From contig CAYJHL010000001.1 of NCBI GenBank assembly GCA_964369585.1, forward strand, positions 1 through 43,692: a stretch of DNA of 43,692 nucleotides. The letters are read 5' to 3'. The DNA comes from an uncultured Treponemataceae bacterium. Lineage in GTDB: Bacteria > Spirochaetota > Spirochaetia > Treponematales > Treponemataceae. Positions within the stretch are counted from its first letter, which is position 1; each line of letters opens with the position of its first letter. Position numbers and translations under genes: made by a program. Positions 17,064-27,536 of this stretch are shown in pieces. The notes under the pieces were generated by a model. That model did no database searches and was not told where the DNA came from. It saw only the letters and a program-made list of their open reading frames with translations.

Positions 17064-18497
17064 CTATCGCCCTGCGGTGCGAACTTTATCTGTTTTCATT
17101 CGCATAATCCAGTTTTCTTGCAAAACTTCACTTGTATACAAAAGACAATCGTGGCCAAAACTCACCCATTTCATAATTGTTCCATCAACTGGATTTACAA
17201 AACAATAGTTGTCTTTATGCATTGGAACACTTACTGTATCAGGCCCAATAAACTCAAAGGGAACACCCTCCTCTATTTTGTTCATCGCTTTAAATGGATA
17301 AAGTTGCCAATTCTGTTGTTTTTTTGGAGCATGCGGTATTTTTTCTGGATGGTCTGAATAATCTTTTTCTTTTGCCTTTTGTGCATCAGGATGTAAAGAA
17401 TTAAAAGAATCTTTAAATAATGTTACTGTTTTTTGCCCTTCGTTGAGTATTTTTTCAGTCTCTTCGGTGTTTAAGGCTTTCTCAATTGTACCTGACATTT
17501 CATATGCACCTGAAGATTCTCCAGATGTTGTAATATTGGCATCTTCTGGGCCGAAGAAAAACCCTGTTCCGAATGCTCTGTGTTGAAGGTTGAAAAGTTC
17601 TGCAACATAAGGCTTTGCTTCCTCTTCTGTTAGAAGCTTTTCTTTTGCGTCTATTGCTTTTCTATATGCTCTTGCAGTTAAAGCAACATAATATAAGCTT
17701 TTCATTCTTCCTTCAACTTTTAGAGAGTCAACACCAGCATTTTTAAACTCTGTAAGATAATCTATCATGCAAAGATCTTTTGAGGAAAGAACCGCTGTAA
17801 AGTTTTCTCCTTCAAAAACAGGAAAATATTCGCCGGGTCGTTTTTTTTCTTCTAAAATTAACTCTCCACTTTGTGCTAATTCTTTCGCTGTTTTTATATC
17901 AAAATCCCACCGGCAAGAATGAGAACAAGCTCCCGCATTTGCACTTCGCCCATTCATATATGCGCTCATAAGACATCTTCCGGAGTAGGCAATACACATA
18001 GCACCATGACCAAAGGCTTCTATTTCCATTTCAGGAACAGCATCTTTAATTTCTCGAATTTCTGCTAAAGAAGCTTCTCTTCCAACAACAACTCTGTCAA
18101 AGCCTAGGGATTGATACATTTTTACCGCTTCCCTATTTATGCAGTTTGCTTGTGTGCTCAAATGGAGTTTTGCTTCTGGGAAATGTTTTTGAATAAGGTT
18201 TACCATTCCAATATCTTGAATAATAAAAGCATCAAAGGGGTATTGCTTAAAGTAATCTATTTCACTTAAAAAGGCGTCTAAATCCTTGTTGTGAAAGGTT
18301 ATGTTCATTGCGCAAAACAATCTTTTTTGAGGAAAATGGCTTTTTAAGCTTCGGATAGCTTTATATTCTTCATCGTGAAAATTATCAGCCTTGACTCGAA
18401 GAGAAAAATTTTTTAAGCCAATATAAGCGGCATCTGCGCCATATTCATATGCATATCGTAGTTTTTCAATATTCCCTGCTGGGCATACTAGTTCCAT
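17064..18497 (-). CDS. peptidase U32 family protein (PrtC/RlhA/TrhP-like, probable Fe-S enzyme)
   Basis: Begins MELVCPAGNIEKLRYAYEYGADAAYIG. The Cys cluster C168-X6-C175-X15-C191-X3-C195 is encoded at 17913-17996. The SD AGAGGA lies inside the end of the upstream gene. Confidence 0.85.
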   Translation of the reverse strand: MELVCPAGNIEKLRYAYEYGADAAYIGLKNFSLRVKADNFHDEEYKAIRSLKSHFPQKRLFCAMNITFHNKDLDAFLSEIDYFKQYPFDAFIIQDIGMVNLIQKHFPEAKLHLSTQANCINREAVKMYQSLGFDRVVVGREASLAEIREIKDAVPEMEIEAFGHGAMCIAYSGRCLMSAYMNGRSANAGACSHSCRWDFDIKTAKELAQSGELILEEKKRPGEYFPVFEGENFTAVLSSKDLCMIDYLTEFKNAGVDSLKVEGRMKSLYYVALTARAYRKAIDAKEKLLTEEEAKPYVAELFNLQHRAFGTGFFFGPEDANITTSGESSGAYEMSGTIEKALNTEETEKILNEGQKTVTLFKDSFNSLHPDAQKAKEKDYSDHPEKIPHAPKKQQNWQLYPFKAMNKIEEGVPFEFIGPDTVSVPMHKDNYCFVNPVDGTIMKWVSFGHDCLLYTSEVLQENWIMRMKTDKVRTAGR

Positions 18498-19394
18498 TTA
18501 CTTTTCCTCTTTTTCACGAATATAGGTACCTGCTTTTTCTACCGCTATATGAGAATCTTCTAAAAATTCATCGGCTCTTTGGAAAAGGTGCATAAGATTA
18601 GGCCACCTATCAACATCACATTGAATTCCAAATTTACGCAAACGCCCTTGAAAATATAAAATATCTGTTTCAACTAACTCCCCTTTTGCAACTTGAATAT
18701 ATAGAGGGGGGAAATTTTCTAACATAGATTGTTCTGCGAAGACGGGTGAAATATAGGGACTTTTCAAATTTTCTGAATAAGTATATAGCTCAGAACTCCA
18801 TTTTAAAGCTTGGGGAGTTAGGATTTTATCTTTGATTGGTTTTATATCTGTTGGCTTTTCAAGGTCCTCTGATACATTCAACCAAGGTGAAAACAAAACT
18901 ATACCTTTAATTTTTTTTCTAAAAGAAGCTTTTATTTTTAGTAAAACTCCTAAGGCCAAGCTAGCGCCTGATCCATCTGCTGCTAATATGATATCTTTTG
19001 GCTCTGTATATAGTTTTTTTATAACGGCCTTTATATCATCAACACCTGCAGGAAATGGTGTTTGGGGAGCAAGACGATACTTTGGTAAAATTAGCTTTGC
19101 ACAGGAATAATGAGCCAGAGTTGCACAAAATCCTCTCCATGATGCAGGGGACCCTCCAATGAAAGAGCCTCCGTGAACATATAAAATTATTTGTGAAGTA
19201 GAGCATACTTCAGGAGATAATATATCACATTCAATTCCATTAATAGTAGTGGTTTCTCTCTCTACTCTGTTTGGAAGGATTGGAGAGGCAAATGTTTCTT
19301 CGATATCTTTTCTAAACTTATCTATATCAGAATTCGGGGTCGCAACCAACGTTTTGAGTTTTTTTATGGCTTGCTTTGTTTGTTGCATTTTCAT
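18498..19394 (-). CDS. alpha/beta hydrolase (esterase/lipase, HGG family)
   Basis: Has VHGGSF (oxyanion-hole HGG-type block), a nucleophile-elbow-like AADGSGASL, and C-terminal WPNLMH. The start is set at ATG 19394 (MKMQQTK) because an extended -10 lies 6 nt upstream. The ORF-track start at 19460 is rejected. Confidence 0.7.
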   Translation of the reverse strand: MKMQQTKQAIKKLKTLVATPNSDIDKFRKDIEETFASPILPNRVERETTTINGIECDILSPEVCSTSQIILYVHGGSFIGGSPASWRGFCATLAHYSCAKLILPKYRLAPQTPFPAGVDDIKAVIKKLYTEPKDIILAADGSGASLALGVLLKIKASFRKKIKGIVLFSPWLNVSEDLEKPTDIKPIKDKILTPQALKWSSELYTYSENLKSPYISPVFAEQSMLENFPPLYIQVAKGELVETDILYFQGRLRKFGIQCDVDRWPNLMHLFQRADEFLEDSHIAVEKAGTYIREKEEK

Positions 19395-19400
19395 ACAAAG

Positions 19401-19409
19401 AGTATAGCA
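19401..19409 (-). promoter_or_regulatory. extended -10 TGCTATACT (minus strand); leaderless arrangement for the esterase-U32 operon
   Basis: The minus strand reads TGCTATACT, then CTTTGT (6 nt), then ATG at 19394-19392. No SD is present. Confidence 0.55.
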
Positions 19410-19423
19410 AAAAGTGTGAAAAT

Positions 19424-19432
19424 GTGCTATAG
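19424..19432 (+). promoter_or_regulatory. extended -10 TGCTATAGT upstream of metA
   Basis: TGCTATAGT is followed by TTTTGGAGTT (10 nt) and ATG 19443, which implies a very short leader. It is an 8/9 inverted copy of the minus-strand element at 19401-19409. Confidence 0.5.
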
Positions 19433-19442
19433 TTTTGGAGTT

Positions 19443-20354
19443 ATGCCAATAAAAATTCAATCAGATTTACCAGCAAGAGAAATTCTTGAGTCAGAAAACA
19501 TTTTCGTAATGACAGATGAGCGAGCAACGCACCAGGATATACGGCCTTTAAAAATTGCTATAGTAAATCTTATGCCTACGAAAATAGCAACAGAAACACA
19601 GTTGTTGAGATTGCTAGGAAATACACCTTTACAGATAGAAATTTCTCTTGTTCATATGGAATCACATACCGCTAAAAATACCGGGGAAGAACATCTTCAA
19701 AAATTTTATGTTAATTCAAAAGACATTTTGGAACAGCGCTTTGATGGAATGATAATAACAGGAGCTCCTGTAGAACAAATTCCTTTTGAAGATGTTGATT
19801 ATTGGGCTGAGCTTAAAATAATTATGGAGTATGCAAAGGAAAATGTTTTTTCAACCTTGTATATCTGCTGGGGTGCTCAAGCAGGACTTTATCATAATTA
19901 TGGAATTCAAAAATATAACCTTGATAAAAAAGTGTTTGGGATTTTTAAGCATACAAAATGTGTCCAAAATGAACCCTTATTGAGAGGTTTTGATGATGTC
20001 TTTCTTGCACCACAATCAAGGCATACTGAAGTTACTAGAAGTGATATTGAAAAAAACAGCGATCTATGCATATTGGCAGAATCAGATGAAGCAGGAGTAC
20101 TTTTGGTGAAATCAAAAGACTCAAGAAAAATTTTCGTTACAGGACATTTTGAATATGATTCGGATACTCTTGCAAGCGAATATTGGCGCGATAAAGAAAA
20201 AGGATTAAACATAGAAGTCCCAGTGAATTATTTTACGAATAATGATCCTTCTTCGCAACCACTTTCTACATGGCGAAGTTATGCAAATTTGTTTTATTAT
20301 AATTGGATAAATTATGTGTACCAAGAAACGCCATATCACTTTGTATGGGATTAA
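19443..20354 (+). CDS. metA: homoserine O-acyltransferase (MetA family)
   Basis: Begins [23 protein letters not shown]...[13 protein letters not shown]. Also has ICWGAQA (catalytic Cys context) and HFEYD. Confidence 0.9.
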   Translation: MPIKIQSDLPAREILESENIFVMTDERATHQDIRPLKIAIVNLMPTKIATETQLLRLLGNTPLQIEISLVHMESHTAKNTGEEHLQKFYVNSKDILEQRFDGMIITGAPVEQIPFEDVDYWAELKIIMEYAKENVFSTLYICWGAQAGLYHNYGIQKYNLDKKVFGIFKHTKCVQNEPLLRGFDDVFLAPQSRHTEVTRSDIEKNSDLCILAESDEAGVLLVKSKDSRKIFVTGHFEYDSDTLASEYWRDKEKGLNIEVPVNYFTNNDPSSQPLSTWRSYANLFYYNWINYVYQETPYHFVWD

Positions 20355-20356
20355 TA

Positions 20357-22258
20357 ATGGAAAAAACTATGTATACAGGATACAATGATTCTTTTGATGT
20401 TGCTATTGTTGGTGCAGGGCATGCAGGGCTTGAATCAGCTCTTGCCTGTGCTCGTATGGGGCACAAGACCATTGTTGTCACACAATCAATAGATGCCATT
20501 TGCCGCCTATCTTGTAATCCTTCTATTGGAGGAATTGCTAAAGGAAATATCGTGCGCGAAATAGATGCTCTTGGTGGCGAAATGGGTAAAATAATTGATC
20601 AGTCGATGTTGCAATTTCGTCTTCTTAATAAAAGCAAAGGCCCTGCCGTGCAAGCCCCAAGAAGTCAAGCTGATAAAATTGTATATGCAGATATAGCGCG
20701 AAAAACTCTTGAATCGCAAGAAAATATATATATGCTACAAGATACAGTAGTAGATATTGAAACGGTTATTCTAAATGGAGAAAACACGCGTGAACAAAAA
20801 ATAACTGCACTTATAACACAACGAGGCCGAAAAATTCCCGTTAGAGCAGCTGTCTTAACGACAGGAACTTTTTTAGGCGGAAAAATTTTTATAGGCGCTT
20901 ATGATGAGAATTGCGGGCGACTTGGAGAACAAGCTGCTTTTGGTTTAACAGAGTCATTGGTAAAACATGGTTTTGCTATGGGGCGTTTAAAAACAGGGAC
21001 ACCACCAAGGATTTTACAATCGAGTATAGATTTTTCATATCTCGAAGTGCAAGAAGGTGATGAAAGAATCATTCCTTTTTCATTTGATACTGAAAAAGTT
21101 GAACGACCAATGGTTCCTTGTTATCTGGCTTATACCAATGAAAATACTCATGACATAATTAGAGAAAATATAGATTTATCCCCGCTGTTCTCAGGAAAAA
21201 TTAGCGGTACAGGTCCTCGCTACTGTCCCTCAATTGAGGATAAGGTTGTGAGGTTTGGGGAGAGAGAAAGGCATCAATTGTTTTTAGAACCTGAAAGTTT
21301 ACTTACTGAAGAAATGTATCTTAATGGTTTTTCTTCCTCCTTACCTGAAGATGTTCAGGATAGCTTTTTACGATCTATGGATGCTTTTAAAAATGCAATT
21401 ATTTCAAGACCGGGATATGCAGTTGAGTATGATTACATTGATCCAACGCAACTTTATGCGAGCTTAGAAACAAAGAAAGTTGCAGGGCTTTTCACAGCTG
21501 GACAAATTAATGGAACTTCTGGTTATGAAGAGGCAGCAGGACAGGGTTTAATGGCTGGGATAAATGCAGGTCTTTATGCAAAGGCGCACATAGAGATTTG
21601 CGGATGTCACACACGTGAAAAGAACGAAGATGGCCGTGAAGTATGCTTTGCAGGAAATAAAGATAGATTGCACGATATTCCCTCTTATGAGCCTCTAATA
21701 TTAGGGCGTGATGAAGCATATATTGGTGTTTTGATTGATGATTTGGTTACCTTAGGTACAAAAGAGCCTTATCGAATGTTTACAGCTCGTGCAGAGTACC
21801 GCTTAAAATTACGCCATGATAGTGCAGATGAGAGACTTTTTCCGAAAGGCTACGCGGTGGGATTAAAAACACCTCTCCAAATGGAAAAACTTAATAGAAA
21901 GCTTACACAAAAAAAGGAGATTCTATCTCTTTTTGAAAAAGATTTTAATCTTGCAAATGAGGAAACTCTTTTTTCTAGTGAGCTTACAAAAAAATATTCA
22001 ATGGAAATATTAGAATCTGCAGCAATTGATTTTAAATATAAACATTATGTTGAAAAGCAAGATAAGCGTATTGAAAAAATGAGAAAAATGGAAAACGCGA
22101 AAATACCAGAAAATTTTGATTATGCAAGTATTACGAGCCTTTCAAATGAATCGCGACAAAAACTTGAAAAAATACGACCCCAAACGCTTGGACAAGCAAG
22201 CAGAATTTCAGGTATAAGAAATTCTGATGTAATGCTCTTAATGGTGTATTTGAGATAG
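20357..22258 (+). CDS. mnmG: tRNA uridine 5-carboxymethylaminomethyl modification enzyme MnmG (GidA)
   Basis: Motifs seen: FDVAIVGAGHAGLESA, SCNPSIGGIAKG, GPRYCPSIEDK, AGQINGTSGYEEAAGQG, TKEPYRMFTARAEYRL. ATG 20357 lies 2 nt after the metA stop. Confidence 0.92.
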   Translation: MEKTMYTGYNDSFDVAIVGAGHAGLESALACARMGHKTIVVTQSIDAICRLSCNPSIGGIAKGNIVREIDALGGEMGKIIDQSMLQFRLLNKSKGPAVQAPRSQADKIVYADIARKTLESQENIYMLQDTVVDIETVILNGENTREQKITALITQRGRKIPVRAAVLTTGTFLGGKIFIGAYDENCGRLGEQAAFGLTESLVKHGFAMGRLKTGTPPRILQSSIDFSYLEVQEGDERIIPFSFDTEKVERPMVPCYLAYTNENTHDIIRENIDLSPLFSGKISGTGPRYCPSIEDKVVRFGERERHQLFLEPESLLTEEMYLNGFSSSLPEDVQDSFLRSMDAFKNAIISRPGYAVEYDYIDPTQLYASLETKKVAGLFTAGQINGTSGYEEAAGQGLMAGINAGLYAKAHIEICGCHTREKNEDGREVCFAGNKDRLHDIPSYEPLILGRDEAYIGVLIDDLVTLGTKEPYRMFTARAEYRLKLRHDSADERLFPKGYAVGLKTPLQMEKLNRKLTQKKEILSLFEKDFNLANEETLFSSELTKKYSMEILESAAIDFKYKHYVEKQDKRIEKMRKMENAKIPENFDYASITSLSNESRQKLEKIRPQTLGQASRISGIRNSDVMLLMVYLR

Positions 22259-22263
22259 AATTT

Positions 22264-24411
22264 TTATTTTCTTTTATGCTGCTTTTTTCTTACTAAAAAC
22301 TCTTTAGCCGTCTTCTTGCTTTCTTTTTCTGCTGTTTGCATATAAAGATTGTACAATGTTTCTTGGCTTCGGATACGAGGAGCTTCTTTTTCTATTTTTT
22401 GGCTCCAGGTACCATCGGAGTGAAGCTTATGAGACTTTTGATTATCTGTAAAATATATTTTTAATATTTCTTTAATTTCTAAAAATATATTTTTTTGCAT
22501 AACGGGGAACATTAGTTCAACACGCCTGTCTAGATTTCGAGACATCCAATCTGAGCTTGCTAGGTATAATTCTTCAGAGCCGCCATTCTGGAAATAAAAT
22601 ATTCGTGTATGCTCTAAGAATCTATCAATTATGCTAACGACAGAAATGTTTTCACTTTGACCTTTTAACCCAGGAACAAGCATGCAAATTCCTCTAATAT
22701 TTAAAAGAACAGTGACATGAGCGTTGCTTGCTTTGTATAAGGCTTTTATAATTTCTGGGTGTGTTAGGCTATTCATTTTTGCGATAATAAGACCAGGCTT
22801 TTCTTTTGAAGAGCTTTGAATTTCTCTGTCTATCATGGTTAATAGCTGAGATTTTAAGGTGACAGGAGCCATAAAAAGACGAGACATGTTTTGTATTGCT
22901 GAATAACCAGATATCATATTAAAAAGAAGTGCAATATCATTTGCTATCTCTGCATTTGTTGTAAACAAAGACATGTCTACATAAAGCCTAGCTGTTTTTT
23001 CATTATAATTACCTGTGCCCATATGAACATAGCGTACTATACCAGAGCTTTCTTTACGTACAATATAAAGTATTTTTGCATGCACTTTTAAGTGTGCAAT
23101 GCCATAAATTACTATTACTCCAGCTTGTTGTAAAGTATTTGCCCACGTTATGTTTCTTTCTTCATCAAAACGTGCTTTTAGCTCTACAAATACTGTTACT
23201 TGCTTTCCTTTTTGTGCGGCTTTTATAAGACTTTTTATTAAGGGAGAATCACCGCTTGTTCTATAAAGCGTCATCTTGATTGCCATTACATCTTTGTCTT
23301 CCGCCGCGTCTCGTACAAACTGTAATACGGGTTCGTATGATTCATAAGGTACGTGCAAAAGAATGTCCCTTTGCTTTAAAACATCCCAAAGAGGCTGTTT
23401 TTGCTCTAATGTATCGGGATAAAAATTCTTCCATGAAGGATAGCGCAGGTGTCCATAACCATCTGTAGAGTCGAGACCTGTAAAATTTTTAAGATCAATA
23501 AAGTGCGTTTCAGTACTATAGACATCTTGTTCAGATAGACTAGCTTTATCAATAAGCATCTTTGCAATATCGTTGCTGCTTGAAGTACAGGTGAGTCGAA
23601 TTGGAATAGCTTTCTTTCTTTCACTAATGATGCCTTCCATGGCTTCAATAAAATTATCTTCTACTTCTTCATTAACGGCGAAGGCGGCATCACAGACAGC
23701 TTTAAAAACTAAGGTTTGCTCAACTGAAAATCCTGAAAAAAGAGCTGTTCCATACATAATAATTATGTCTTCGATAAGTGTAAAACGGCGCTCCTTTGCT
23801 TGCGAGGGAAGCCAAATAATCCTGTCCATCACAGTAGGCACTTGAACAAATGCCAACGGTTTTTCGTCTGAATGCATTACATTTTTGTAGAAGGTTTGGT
23901 CAGAAGAAAGAGGTTGTAATAAAAAGGCTATATGTACTTTTAAATTTGAAAATAAAGGAAGTTCTCCATTTGCTTCTGTCCTAAGGGGTGTGAGCAAAGG
24001 AAAAATTTGTTCGTTAAAAAGGTTTTCTGTAAAATGCTTTTCTTCAGATGAAAAATCTGCTGGGGGAACATAGATGATTCCTTCTTTCTTTAATTCAACA
24101 AGAACATCATTACTAAAAAGCTTATGTTGTGTATCAAAAACTTCATGCGCTCTTTTTGAAATAAGGCGAAGCTGTTCTTTTGCAGTTAAGCCCGTAATGT
24201 CTGTCCAGCTTGGATCGAGTTTAGCTTGATTTTTTAAGCCTGCTACGCGAACCATAAAAAATTCATCAAAATTAGAGGAAACTATTGATAAAAATTTTAT
24301 TCGTTCAAAAAGGGGAACGCGCTTGTTTTGTGCTTCTTTTAAAACTCTCGCATTAAATTCAATCCATGAAAGTTCTCTGTTAATGAACAAATTCTGTGCT
24401 TCTTTCGACAT
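22264..24411 (-). CDS. ppk1: polyphosphate kinase 1
   Basis: Has FINRELSWIEFNARVLKEA at the N-terminus and two PLD-like HxK blocks (AHLKVHAKI and RFLEHTRIF). AGAGGA precedes the ATG. Confidence 0.92.
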   Translation of the reverse strand: MSKEAQNLFINRELSWIEFNARVLKEAQNKRVPLFERIKFLSIVSSNFDEFFMVRVAGLKNQAKLDPSWTDITGLTAKEQLRLISKRAHEVFDTQHKLFSNDVLVELKKEGIIYVPPADFSSEEKHFTENLFNEQIFPLLTPLRTEANGELPLFSNLKVHIAFLLQPLSSDQTFYKNVMHSDEKPLAFVQVPTVMDRIIWLPSQAKERRFTLIEDIIIMYGTALFSGFSVEQTLVFKAVCDAAFAVNEEVEDNFIEAMEGIISERKKAIPIRLTCTSSSNDIAKMLIDKASLSEQDVYSTETHFIDLKNFTGLDSTDGYGHLRYPSWKNFYPDTLEQKQPLWDVLKQRDILLHVPYESYEPVLQFVRDAAEDKDVMAIKMTLYRTSGDSPLIKSLIKAAQKGKQVTVFVELKARFDEERNITWANTLQQAGVIVIYGIAHLKVHAKILYIVRKESSGIVRYVHMGTGNYNEKTARLYVDMSLFTTNAEIANDIALLFNMISGYSAIQNMSRLFMAPVTLKSQLLTMIDREIQSSSKEKPGLIIAKMNSLTHPEIIKALYKASNAHVTVLLNIRGICMLVPGLKGQSENISVVSIIDRFLEHTRIFYFQNGGSEELYLASSDWMSRNLDRRVELMFPVMQKNIFLEIKEILKIYFTDNQKSHKLHSDGTWSQKIEKEAPRIRSQETLYNLYMQTAEKESKKTAKEFLVRKKQHKRK

Positions 24412-24432
24412 TATATCCTCTTTAACTTTTAA

Positions 24433-25959
24433 TTATGTTAATAAAACGGTATATCCAAATACTGACTCGAATAAATCGCTCTTTTCAGCTATAGCCTGCT
24501 TTTCAAGTTTTGTTTCATGAATATCTTTTAACTCTAATATGAGCATAGTATCACTGAGAGAAATCTTTATGCCTTTTAAGCGTTGAGAGTGGGCTCTGTC
24601 TAGTGCATCAGCGACTCTCAAAATAGCAGACAGCTTTAGAACTTTCATTCTGTCCTTTCTTGGCAGGGCTAAAAAATCTTTGTCATCTGGAAGAGTTACA
24701 CTTCCTCTGTGATAGCGTGTTATCATAGCAATAATATTGAGAGTTGGTTTTTCAAGTCCAAAAATATTTGAATGTGAAATAATATACTGACTATGTAATT
24801 CATGGTCTGTATCACGGATAAAAGTTCCTACATCATGTAAAAGGGCTGCAATTTCTAAAATGAGCCTACCATCATTTTGTAAACCTATTTCTGAACCCAT
24901 TGCATCATGAATTTTTAAAGCCATTGTCTTAACATATTGAGCATGAGCTTCATCGATTCGATATTTTTTGCCTGTTCGTAATGCAGAAGCTAATATTTGT
25001 GAAGAGAAATTGCCTTCTAATAAAGTTGTTTCTGCAAACTTACTTACAAAAAGACCTTCTCTAATGGTTGTATCAGATACAATAATTTCTTCTGCTTTTG
25101 TTAAGTCCAAAAATAATTTGTACACTAAAAGAGAAACTGGTAGCATTCGAATATCGTTGTATTCTACTTGAAATTTAGTAACAATTTCATTTAAAGAAAG
25201 TTGTTCAACTTCTTCAACAAACGGATAATATTTTGAGCGCGAAATTGACCATGTGCGGTTTCCCAGCGGTGTGCCTATTTGCTTTGCAATTATTTGTGCG
25301 TCTGAACCAATGGTAATAAAGTGGTGTATTTTTTTCAATCCGCCGCCAATATTTAAATTGATTCCTGCATTGTTTATATAAGATTCTAGGTACCTTTTTG
25401 TATCACTTTTTGAGCCACCCATAGCTTTTATATATTGGTCTATAAGAACAGTACCCAAACGTAAACTGTGTACAGTAACTATTTTTCCTCTGCTAAGAGT
25501 CATAATTTCAGTAGAACCACCGCCTATTTCTAGGATAACTGAGTTTTTGTTTTGATACTTTGGAAGCTCTTTTCGAAGTATATCTGAAACTGCTAAATAG
25601 ACAAGTCTGCTTTCTTCTATTCCATCAATGAGTTTTATGGGAAACCCTGTCTTAACCATAATTCGGTCTAAGAAAGAATCGCGGTTTTGAGCTTCTCTTA
25701 AAGCACTCGTAGCAACAGTTCTAACCTGAAAAGGTTTTATGCTCCAACCATCTAGCTGTTCTCTAAAACTACTAAAATTTTGGATACATTGTAATAAGCT
25801 GTCTCGACTAATTGAACCAGTAGTAAAAACATCCCATCCCAAAGAAACGGGAAGCTCTGATTTATCAATAATGCGCCAATTACCCCTCTCATCCACTTCG
25901 CACACCATTAGGCGTATACCTGTAGATCCTAACTCAATAACGGCTTCCAATGTTTTCAT
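24433..25959 (-). CDS. ppx: exopolyphosphatase / Ppx-GppA family phosphatase with C-terminal HD domain
   Basis: Has VIELGSTGIRLMV and ILEIGGGSTEI (ASKHA phosphate motifs) and LLHDVG (HD domain). GAGGA lies 10 nt upstream of the ATG. Confidence 0.88.
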   Translation of the reverse strand: MKTLEAVIELGSTGIRLMVCEVDERGNWRIIDKSELPVSLGWDVFTTGSISRDSLLQCIQNFSSFREQLDGWSIKPFQVRTVATSALREAQNRDSFLDRIMVKTGFPIKLIDGIEESRLVYLAVSDILRKELPKYQNKNSVILEIGGGSTEIMTLSRGKIVTVHSLRLGTVLIDQYIKAMGGSKSDTKRYLESYINNAGINLNIGGGLKKIHHFITIGSDAQIIAKQIGTPLGNRTWSISRSKYYPFVEEVEQLSLNEIVTKFQVEYNDIRMLPVSLLVYKLFLDLTKAEEIIVSDTTIREGLFVSKFAETTLLEGNFSSQILASALRTGKKYRIDEAHAQYVKTMALKIHDAMGSEIGLQNDGRLILEIAALLHDVGTFIRDTDHELHSQYIISHSNIFGLEKPTLNIIAMITRYHRGSVTLPDDKDFLALPRKDRMKVLKLSAILRVADALDRAHSQRLKGIKISLSDTMLILELKDIHETKLEKQAIAEKSDLFESVFGYTVLLT

Positions 25960-25996
25960 GTAACAGTTTTCCTCAAGAGAAATTGTAAAACATTTC

Positions 25997-27427
25997 TTAT
26001 AATTTGTCTATGAGCATAGAACATTTGCCTGATGGAATAGGTAACGTTTTTTTCTTTTCTCCTAAAATGTTAATAGTGAAATAGTAAAGCTTTTCACTTT
26101 CCATTTGTATTTCCCATCCGCGAGAACTTTTGTTTGAAAGAATAGTAATTAGGTTTCTTGTTAAGGATAAATTTTCTATTCCCATCATCTCTAAGTTTGG
26201 AATAGTCCAATCTACGGTTTTTCTAGGCAAGCTAATATTAAGCCCAATAATGTTTTCGATCATTATGGCTATTGTTGAAAGACCTGCAAAAATTATATGA
26301 CGTTTTCGAGGAAAGTTTTCGTTATTGGCCATTTTTGCATACCCTTCTTGAAGGGGAAGGTACGCTTCCCATAAGTCACCGCTTTTATTTGAGCCTTCTG
26401 GAAAAAGAGCGTCTAGCATATGATAGAGGTGTCTAATAGAAGCTTCTCTTGCTAAGTCATAGCGTTGGTATTTTTCTAAGCCTTTTATTATCATAAAGTT
26501 GAAAGCAGGAAAAACACTTCCTCTGTATCCTTCGCCATCTTTGCTAAAATCTTTGTGGTCAGCAGAGAGAGAAGGAAAAGGATGGTCTGTGCCAAAGGAA
26601 TTTGGATCTGATAAATAGGCAATAAGTTTTTCAGCTTTGTCTTCATTTGGGATTTCAGCCAACAGAGGCCAAAAGTTGGCTACTGTTTTATGCATTAATT
26701 TGTTGCCATCTTTATCTAAGTCGTAGTAAAAACCTGTTTCATTATCCCACATAAGGGAGTTGATTTGGGTTTTTAGAGAAAAATATAGTTTTTTATATTG
26801 AAAGTTTAAGTCCTTGTCATTAATAATATCTCCAAGAGCTGCCATGTACAGAGCATTAACAGCCATTGTTGCATTAAAGTCAATAGGATAATGTGTTTTT
26901 CCTCGAGGCGAATTAAACATTGTGCTTGCTTCTACCGGAACAGAAAATAAATTGTTTTCTGCTTTAAATGTTGTTTCAATCCAAGTAGAGTAGCGTTGTA
27001 ATATAGGCATAACTTCTTTGATGCGTTTTTTGTTTGCAGTTTTGTGATACAGATTAAACTCTGCCCACGCAAAAAGAGGAAGACCTATTCCTTCTGGGTT
27101 TGTGCTGTCAATTACTGGAGTTTTTTTTGAAAGATCATACTTCCAACGAATAGCTCCATTTTTTTCTTGACGAGCATATAAATAATCTAAATTTTGATTT
27201 GCGTGAAAATTTCTATTAGAATATACGAGAAAGAATGAGGAAAATATAGATTCTAACTGATCAACAATACTACCTGATTCATCGGGATACACAAAGTAAC
27301 CATCAAGGGAGGGAGATTCTTTTTTATCATCCCTCCAGAAATCTTGCACCCATGCCCAAGTTTTGTCATATATATCTACAAAGTCTTGATCATAAAAATG
27401 AATTTTCGGAAAATCGCGCTTGCTCAC
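25997..27427 (-). CDS. six-hairpin (alpha/alpha)6 glycoside hydrolase, GH63/GH37 (MGH1/trehalase)-like
   Basis: Has WDNETGFYYDLD and GYRGSVFPAFNFMIIKGLEKY, which resemble GH63/trehalase-fold signatures. GTG start at 27427 with AAGGAG 6 nt upstream. The family call is made by eye only. Confidence 0.6.
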   Translation of the reverse strand: MSKRDFPKIHFYDQDFVDIYDKTWAWVQDFWRDDKKESPSLDGYFVYPDESGSIVDQLESIFSSFFLVYSNRNFHANQNLDYLYARQEKNGAIRWKYDLSKKTPVIDSTNPEGIGLPLFAWAEFNLYHKTANKKRIKEVMPILQRYSTWIETTFKAENNLFSVPVEASTMFNSPRGKTHYPIDFNATMAVNALYMAALGDIINDKDLNFQYKKLYFSLKTQINSLMWDNETGFYYDLDKDGNKLMHKTVANFWPLLAEIPNEDKAEKLIAYLSDPNSFGTDHPFPSLSADHKDFSKDGEGYRGSVFPAFNFMIIKGLEKYQRYDLAREASIRHLYHMLDALFPEGSNKSGDLWEAYLPLQEGYAKMANNENFPRKRHIIFAGLSTIAIMIENIIGLNISLPRKTVDWTIPNLEMMGIENLSLTRNLITILSNKSSRGWEIQMESEKLYYFTINILGEKKKTLPIPSGKCSMLIDKL

Positions 27428-27536
27428 CGGTACTCCTTGTTTTTGTAAAACGCATTTGCATTTCGCACCATAAAAAATCTTTTGTAAAGCTAAAAAAAGA
27501 TGAATCTAATAAAATTTCTCAGAATGCCTCATTCAT

